Of a stretch of 64,000 bases of DNA, positions 58,322 through 64,000 are shown piece after piece. The notes under the pieces were generated by a model that saw only the letters and a list, made by a program, of their open reading frames with translations, did no database searches and was not told where the DNA came from. Made by a program: the position numbers and the translations under genes. How positions within the stretch are numbered: position 1 is the first letter of the stretch; every line of letters begins with the position of its first letter. This stretch comes from Sutterella sp. Lineage in GTDB: Bacteria; Pseudomonadota; Gammaproteobacteria; Burkholderiales; Burkholderiaceae_F. Location of the stretch: assembly GCA_034104065.1 (NCBI GenBank), contig JAXEEN010000021.1:383-64382 (forward strand), written 5' to 3'.

Positions 58322-60643
58322 ATGACATTTCCGCGTTTCCGACAGATAGCCGTCAGCGTCGCCGTTGCGCTGGCCGCGATGGCTCAGTCCTTCCCCGCGA
58401 CAGCCGCTAAAACAGGCAGCAGAGTAGCGCTTGAATCGGTCACATCGCTCGATCCGTCCCGCGCAAGCGCCGAGTCGGACGCCGCCAGCTTCGTGACAGC
58501 AGACCGCATCGAAGGCAATCCCGAAGAACAGCTTCATCTGTACGGCAACGCCGAGGTGCGCCGCGGAGGAGCGGTCCTCAGGGGCGACCGCATCACCTAC
58601 ACGCAGGCCACCGACGAAGTCGAAGCCGAAGGCAATGCCCGCATTTCACGCCTCGGCGCCAGCTTCTCCGGTCCGTCCATGCGCTTTCGCATCGGAGCCC
58701 GAACCGGTGAAATGGGGGATGCCGACTATGAATACGCCCCCCGGCGGCTCCGCGGCTGCGCCAAGAACATCCGCTTCTTGTCGGGCGACCGCACGACCTT
58801 CGACGACGTGAAGATTACGACCTGCAAGCGCGACGACGAAGCGTGGTTCATCAAGCTCAACGAACTCGAAATCGACGAATACGATCAGACAGCCAGCGGC
58901 ACGGGTGCGAGCCTGCACTTCATGGGGCTGCCCGTTTTCGGTTCGCCCTGGTTTGCCTTCCCGATCAGCAACGAGCGCCGTTCGGGCTTTCTCGTTCCGA
59001 CCTTCGGCATGAGTTCGACGCGCGGTCTCGATCTGACGATTCCGTACTACTTCAACATCGCGCCCAACTACGACTTCACGCTCACGCCGCGCGTGATGAG
59101 CAAGCGCGGCGTCATGCTGGATACCGAGACGCGTTTCCTTTACAACAATTTCTCGACCACGGTGGACTACAACTATCTCCCCGACGATCGTGAAACCAAG
59201 GAAAACCGTTACGGCACCCGCATCATCGCCGACTACCGCCAGGGCAAGATGAGCGCCCACGTCGACTACAACAAGGTTTCCGACAACGACTACATCACGG
59301 ACTTTTCCGGCAACATCCGAGAGTCGTCCGAGACGGTTCTTCCTCAGGAATACACGATCCGCTACGACGAGACTTTCTGGAACGCGTCCGTGAACGTCAC
59401 GAAGAACCAGACGCTCGACATCGACGGCATCTTCTACTACAAACCGTACGAACGCGTTCCCCAGGTGAAGCTTGACGGCTATGTCGGGGACTGGAAGGGC
59501 CTCGAACTCGCCACCAACCTCGAGGCGACGAGATTCAAGAACCCGACTCGCATCGAAGGCGACCGCTTCGTCTTCCAGCAGACCGTCTCCTATCCGCTTC
59601 GCGGCGCCGGCTGGTTTGTGGTGCCCAAGGGAACGTTCCTCGGCACCTGGTACCAGCTCAACAACATCGACAAGTACCGCAGCCAGGGCTTCAACGACAA
59701 GGACCCGAGCCGCACGCTTCCGATGTTCAGTCTCGACAGCGGGCTGATTTTCGACCGCGGCACGAGCTGGTTCGGCCGCGACGCCATGCAGACCCTTGAA
59801 CCGCGCATCTATTATGCGTGGGTACCTTACCGCGACCAGGACAATCTCCCCGTTTTCGACTCGAGCATTGCCGACCTGAACTTTGCAACGCTGTTTACGG
59901 AAAACGTTTTCGCCGGCTACGACCGAGTCAGCGAAGCCAATCAGCTTTCGACGGTTCTCACGACGCGATACGTCGACCGCGCCACCGGTCTCGAGCTTTT
60001 CCGGGCAAGCATCGGTCAGCGGCAGTATTTCGGCGATCAGCGGGTAGGCTTTCCGGTGCTGGATTCCTACCAGGCCAACTACGCGACCAATTCGCTTCGG
60101 ACCGACGTCCGCAGCGACCTTCTCGCCAGTGTCGGCGCCCGCCTGACGCGCTCGCTCACGGCCAGCGCCAGCGGTCAGTATTCGTCCGCCAGCAGCCGCT
60201 TCGTGAAGGTGAACGCCGGTCTGCGCTGGCAGCCCAAGCCGATGTCCGTGGTGGGTCTCTACTACCGCTACAACTATTCGGCCGAACGCAGCGGCGGCTA
60301 TTACGACGACAACATCAAGCAGATCGATCTGGGCGTTCAGTGGCCGCTGACGGACCGCCTGTTCGTGGTCGGACGCTACAACTATTCGCTCTATCAGAAG
60401 AAGCCCATCGAAATGATTGCCGGCTTCGAATACGTGCATGACTGCTGGACGCTTCGCTTTGCTACGCAGCGCTACACAACGACGACCAACAGCCGTGAAT
60501 CCAACTTCTTCTTACAACTCGAGCTCAACGGCTTGGGTAGTATTGGCACAAGCCCGCTTGCTGAACTCAGGCGGAACATCAAGGGTTACCAGACCGCTAC
60601 GCCGGTCCCCGACACGATTGGACAGTACGACTACTATGAATAA
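58322..60643 (+). CDS. lptD: LPS-assembly protein LptD
   Basis: Signal peptide, TTC..W, RRSGFL.P, PYYFNIAPNYD.T.TP, TLEPR.YY, DRVSEANQ, CW, FFLQLELNGL. Confidence 0.95.
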   Translation: MTFPRFRQIAVSVAVALAAMAQSFPATAAKTGSRVALESVTSLDPSRASAESDAASFVTADRIEGNPEEQLHLYGNAEVRRGGAVLRGDRITYTQATDEVEAEGNARISRLGASFSGPSMRFRIGARTGEMGDADYEYAPRRLRGCAKNIRFLSGDRTTFDDVKITTCKRDDEAWFIKLNELEIDEYDQTASGTGASLHFMGLPVFGSPWFAFPISNERRSGFLVPTFGMSSTRGLDLTIPYYFNIAPNYDFTLTPRVMSKRGVMLDTETRFLYNNFSTTVDYNYLPDDRETKENRYGTRIIADYRQGKMSAHVDYNKVSDNDYITDFSGNIRESSETVLPQEYTIRYDETFWNASVNVTKNQTLDIDGIFYYKPYERVPQVKLDGYVGDWKGLELATNLEATRFKNPTRIEGDRFVFQQTVSYPLRGAGWFVVPKGTFLGTWYQLNNIDKYRSQGFNDKDPSRTLPMFSLDSGLIFDRGTSWFGRDAMQTLEPRIYYAWVPYRDQDNLPVFDSSIADLNFATLFTENVFAGYDRVSEANQLSTVLTTRYVDRATGLELFRASIGQRQYFGDQRVGFPVLDSYQANYATNSLRTDVRSDLLASVGARLTRSLTASASGQYSSASSRFVKVNAGLRWQPKPMSVVGLYYRYNYSAERSGGYYDDNIKQIDLGVQWPLTDRLFVVGRYNYSLYQKKPIEMIAGFEYVHDCWTLRFATQRYTTTTNSRESNFFLQLELNGLGSIGTSPLAELRRNIKGYQTATPVPDTIGQYDYYE

Positions 60644-61994
60644 GCTCAAGACACTTGCGGTGCTGACCTTCAGCGTCGCCGCACTCGGCACGGCAGCCGC
60701 TGCCGACATGCAGGCGCAGGAAGGCGCCGCCGATGCGGCCGTCCAGGCCTCCGCCGTCCCGATTGAACTCGACCGCATCGTCGCCGTCGTCAACAACGAC
60801 GTCATCACGGACCGGGAACTGCAGGAGCGCACTCATGTCGTCGCCATCAATCTGCGCCGTCAGAACATCGCCCTGCCGCCGATGGATCAGCTTCGCGCCC
60901 AGGTGCTCGAACGCCTCATCTCCGAACGCACCATCATGCAGCGCGCACGGGAAACCGGCATTCGCATCGACGATCAGATGGTGAATGCTTCCGTCGAACA
61001 GATCGCGCGCCAGAACAACATTTCGGTTGACGAACTTCGTCAGCGCCTGATGGCCGACGGCGTTTCGTTCCCCGCATTCCGCGAGGAAATCCGCGATGAG
61101 ATCACGACGCAGCGCCTGCGTGAGCGTGAAGTCGATGCCAAAATCGTGATTCCGGAAAGCGAAGTCGATGCCTACCTCGCCGAGAAGGCCGGCTTCACGG
61201 GGTCCGACACGACCGAATACCGCATCGCACACGTTCTGCTTCCGATCGACCACCCGGACAATGCCGCCATCGTGAAGAAACTGGCCGACGAAGTGGCCGA
61301 CAAGGCACGGGCGGGCGAAGATTTTGCGACACTGGCAGCCACCTATTCCCGCTCTGAAGACGCCATGCAGGGCGGCGACATCGGCTGGCGCGACGTGCAG
61401 CGTCTGCCGACGGAATTCTGGAATGCCATGAACGGCCACCCCCGCTCGGGCGGCGTCTACATCGCCAAGACTCAGCATGCGTGGCACATCTTCAAGGTGC
61501 TCGGCGAACGGGACGGCGTTCAGCACAAGCTCGCCGGCGGCCCGGTCGAGCAGACCCATGCCCGCCACATTCTGATGTTCGTGAGCGAAATCACGCCCGA
61601 AGCCGAAGTGCTCCACCGACTCAACGACATCAAGCGCCGCATTGACGCCGGCGAAGCCGACTTCGCCACGATGGCCCGTCTCAACTCGGTCGATACGAGC
61701 GCCACCCGCGGCGGCGATCTCGGCTGGCTTCAGCCCGGCGACACGGTTCCCGAATTCGAGCAGGTCATGAACAGCCTCAAGCCCGGTCAGGTTTCCGAGC
61801 CGGTCAAGTCTCAGTTCGGCTATCACCTGATTCAGGTGGTTGACCGCCGGCTTGAAAAGGACGGCAACCCGCAGCGCATGCGCATTGCCGCCCGCCAGGC
61901 GCTTCGCGAACGCAAACTCGCCGAAGCCACCTTCAACTGGCAGCGTGAGCTGCGCGACCAGGCCTACGTCGAAATCCGCGAGCGTGACTACTGA
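60636..61994 (+). CDS. surA: periplasmic chaperone/PPIase SurA
   Basis: LDRIVAVVNNDVIT, two parvulin domains (GGDIGW; HIL..GGDLGW..VPEFE..FGYHLIQV), RELRDQAYVE. Confidence 0.95.
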   Translation: MNKLKTLAVLTFSVAALGTAAAADMQAQEGAADAAVQASAVPIELDRIVAVVNNDVITDRELQERTHVVAINLRRQNIALPPMDQLRAQVLERLISERTIMQRARETGIRIDDQMVNASVEQIARQNNISVDELRQRLMADGVSFPAFREEIRDEITTQRLREREVDAKIVIPESEVDAYLAEKAGFTGSDTTEYRIAHVLLPIDHPDNAAIVKKLADEVADKARAGEDFATLAATYSRSEDAMQGGDIGWRDVQRLPTEFWNAMNGHPRSGGVYIAKTQHAWHIFKVLGERDGVQHKLAGGPVEQTHARHILMFVSEITPEAEVLHRLNDIKRRIDAGEADFATMARLNSVDTSATRGGDLGWLQPGDTVPEFEQVMNSLKPGQVSEPVKSQFGYHLIQVVDRRLEKDGNPQRMRIAARQALRERKLAEATFNWQRELRDQAYVEIRERDY

Positions 61995-62965
61995 TGTCTG
62001 AACGTCTTCCCGTTGCCATCACGACGGGCGAGCCTGCCGGGATCGGCCCGGAAGTCTCGCTCAAAGCGGCAGCCTCCGTCAGGGAACCCCTCGTTCTGAT
62101 CGGAGACCGATCCCTCCTTGAAGCCGAGGCCGCGCGCCTCGGCATCAGCTGGCCTCTGCCGGACCACGTCAGCATCGAACATATCCCGCTCAGGGGGCCT
62201 GCCGTCCCCGGCAGACTCTCGACCGTCAATTCGAGTTATGTTCTTGAAACCCTGACCCGAGCCCACGAGGGAGCGGTATCCGGTCGCTGGAACGCCGTCG
62301 TCACGGCGCCGGTTCAGAAAAGCATCATCATCGAATCCGGCGTTCCCTTTACGGGACATACGGAATTTTTCCAGCAGCTCGCCGGCGTTCCCCGCGTCGT
62401 CATGATGCTGACGGCCTCTCATACGCCGGACTGTCTCAAGGTCGCGCTGGCCACGACGCATCTCCCGATCGCCGAGCTGTCCTCGGCCATCACGGGAGCG
62501 CTCCTTGACGAGGTCATCGCCATTCTTCACGGTGCTCTTCGCCGGGACTACGGCATTTCCTCCCCCCGCATTCTTGTGACGGGGCTCAATCCGCATGCCG
62601 GCGAAAACGGACATATCGGCCGGGAAGAAATCGACACCATTATTCCGGCACTTGAACGCGCCCGTCGTGCCGGCATTGCCGCCGACGGTCCCGTTCCCGC
62701 CGACACCGCCTTCGTTCCGGGGCACTGGGAACGCTATGACGCCGTCCTCTGCATGTACCACGACCAGGGGCTCCCGGTCCTCAAGAGCATCGGCTTTGCC
62801 GAAGGCGTCAACGTAACGCTCGGTCTGCCTTATATCCGAACCTCCGTCGACCACGGAACAGCCCTCGACATCGCCGGACGCGGCATCGCTGACGAGCGAA
62901 GCATGCTCTCCGCCCTGAAACTCGCACACTATCTGGCAAAACACCGTGAAACAGGAATGGCTTGA
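61994..62965 (+). CDS. pdxA: 4-hydroxythreonine-4-phosphate dehydrogenase
   Basis: GEPAGIGPE, GHTEF, LNPHAGE, MYHDQGL, RTSVDHGTALDIAG. Confidence 0.95.
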   Translation: MSERLPVAITTGEPAGIGPEVSLKAAASVREPLVLIGDRSLLEAEAARLGISWPLPDHVSIEHIPLRGPAVPGRLSTVNSSYVLETLTRAHEGAVSGRWNAVVTAPVQKSIIIESGVPFTGHTEFFQQLAGVPRVVMMLTASHTPDCLKVALATTHLPIAELSSAITGALLDEVIAILHGALRRDYGISSPRILVTGLNPHAGENGHIGREEIDTIIPALERARRAGIAADGPVPADTAFVPGHWERYDAVLCMYHDQGLPVLKSIGFAEGVNVTLGLPYIRTSVDHGTALDIAGRGIADERSMLSALKLAHYLAKHRETGMA

Positions 62966-63761
62966 AGGGCACCGCGCCCGCAAACGTTTCGGTCAGAACT
63001 TTCTCCATGACCGCCACTGGATCGAGCGAATCGTCCGCGGCATTGACCCGAAACCGGGCGACGCACTGATTGAAATCGGTCCCGGTCAGGCCGCCCTCAC
63101 CCGTGAGGTTGTTGCTGCCGCCGGCCATGAAACGGCCGTCGAAATCGACCGGGATCTTGCGCAGTTTCTGCGCGAGCAGTTCAGCGAACAGGAGCTCACG
63201 CTCATCGAGGCCGATGCGCTTAAGCTTGACTGGCGCACCGTTCTCGAAGGGCGCCGGCTCCGCATTATCGGCAATCTGCCCTACAACATTTCCTCGCCGC
63301 TTCTTTTTGCTCTGACCGCGGCAGCCGACCGCGTCATTGACCAGCACTTTATGCTGCAGCGTGAAGTGGTGGACCGCATGGTGGCGGAACCGGGCAGCAA
63401 AACCTACGGCCGTCTCAGCGTCATGCTTCAGTACCGCTATGTCATGCACAAGCTGTTTGACGTGCCCCCCGGTGCTTTTGTCCCTCCGCCCAAGGTGACC
63501 TCCTCCATTGTCCGTATGGTGCCCCGCCCCGTCGAATCTCTGGAAAAGGTCGATCCGGAAGTCTTCTCGCAGGTCGTGTCTCTTGCCTTCCAGCAGCGCC
63601 GCAAAACGCTTCGCAACGCCCTCTCGACCCTGATGAGCGATGAAGAGATCGAATCCGCCGGCGTGAATCCCGCAGCCCGAGCCGAAACGCTTGACGTCGC
63701 GGCCTATGTGCGGCTGGCCCAAAAGGCAGCCGAACGTCCGGCTCACCCGGACGCGGTCTGA
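62946..63761 (+). CDS. rsmA: 16S rRNA adenine dimethyltransferase
   Basis: ARKRFGQNFL, EIGPG, GNLPYNISSP, MLQREV, YGRLSV, F.PPPKV.S, QRRKTLRN. Confidence 0.96.
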   Translation: MKQEWLEGHRARKRFGQNFLHDRHWIERIVRGIDPKPGDALIEIGPGQAALTREVVAAAGHETAVEIDRDLAQFLREQFSEQELTLIEADALKLDWRTVLEGRRLRIIGNLPYNISSPLLFALTAAADRVIDQHFMLQREVVDRMVAEPGSKTYGRLSVMLQYRYVMHKLFDVPPGAFVPPPKVTSSIVRMVPRPVESLEKVDPEVFSQVVSLAFQQRRKTLRNALSTLMSDEEIESAGVNPAARAETLDVAAYVRLAQKAAERPAHPDAV

Positions 63762-63775
63762 CAATCCGCAGATCT

Positions 63776-64000
63776 TCAGTCCACAGGCGGCAGCAATGCC
63801 GCCTGATATCGTTTCAGCTGCCGGCGATGCTCCTGCCAGCGGGGATCCAGCCGCTCCACCTCACGCCAAAAGCGGTCCGAGTGGTTCAGTTCGACCAAAT
63901 GCGCCAGCTCATGCGCCACAACGTAGCGCACGAGTTCGTCGGAGACAAAAATCAGGCGCCATGACCAGCGCACGGTTTTGGCGGCCGTGCAGACTCCCCA
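63776..64000 (-). CDS. YgjP/DUF45-type zinc metallohydrolase, C-terminal part (5' end outside window)
   Basis: WG.CT...RWSWRL...YVVAHELAHLVELNHS.RFW. Confidence 0.85.
   Translation of the reverse strand, partial: WGVCTAAKTVRWSWRLIFVSDELVRYVVAHELAHLVELNHSDRFWREVERLDPRWQEHRRQLKRYQAALLPPVD

Noticed and set aside
32509-60439. Other long antisense ORFs (32509-34185, 43626-45359, 45825-47726, 53328-55025, 58646-60439)
   Set aside because: They mirror ettA, metG, sulP, purH and lptD; this is explained by codon bias suppressing stops on the opposite strand.

Overview
GC-rich core chromosome of a betaproteobacterium. Gene content and order (glnE/yhdP-nit-tldD, dusB-fis-purH, amgK-murU divergent from lptD-surA-pdxA-rsmA, a stand-alone infA) plus anaerobic traits (hemG, an FNR box, C4-dicarboxylate transporters) suggest a gut Burkholderiales such as Sutterellaceae; this is inference. 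The window holds about 55 CDS, 4 tRNAs and many intrinsic terminators. I see no mobile element, prophage, CRISPR array or defence system, and I cannot support a clearly novel multi-gene system. The most interesting signals are (1) several full-length proteins that have lost canonical catalytic residues: a nitrilase-family protein (K>R, C>G), a CdsA/YnbB-like protein, a nitronate-monooxygenase-like protein (H>P), an MnmC with an eroded methyltransferase domain and an atypical receiver domain; (2) a VUT-family transporter gene missed by the ORF track, with a leader that can form alternative structures; (3) a perfect FNR box plus tandem repeats upstream of a DASS transporter; and (4) RecX and TolB detached from their usual partners. 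All family calls come from motif recognition by eye, not database searches.
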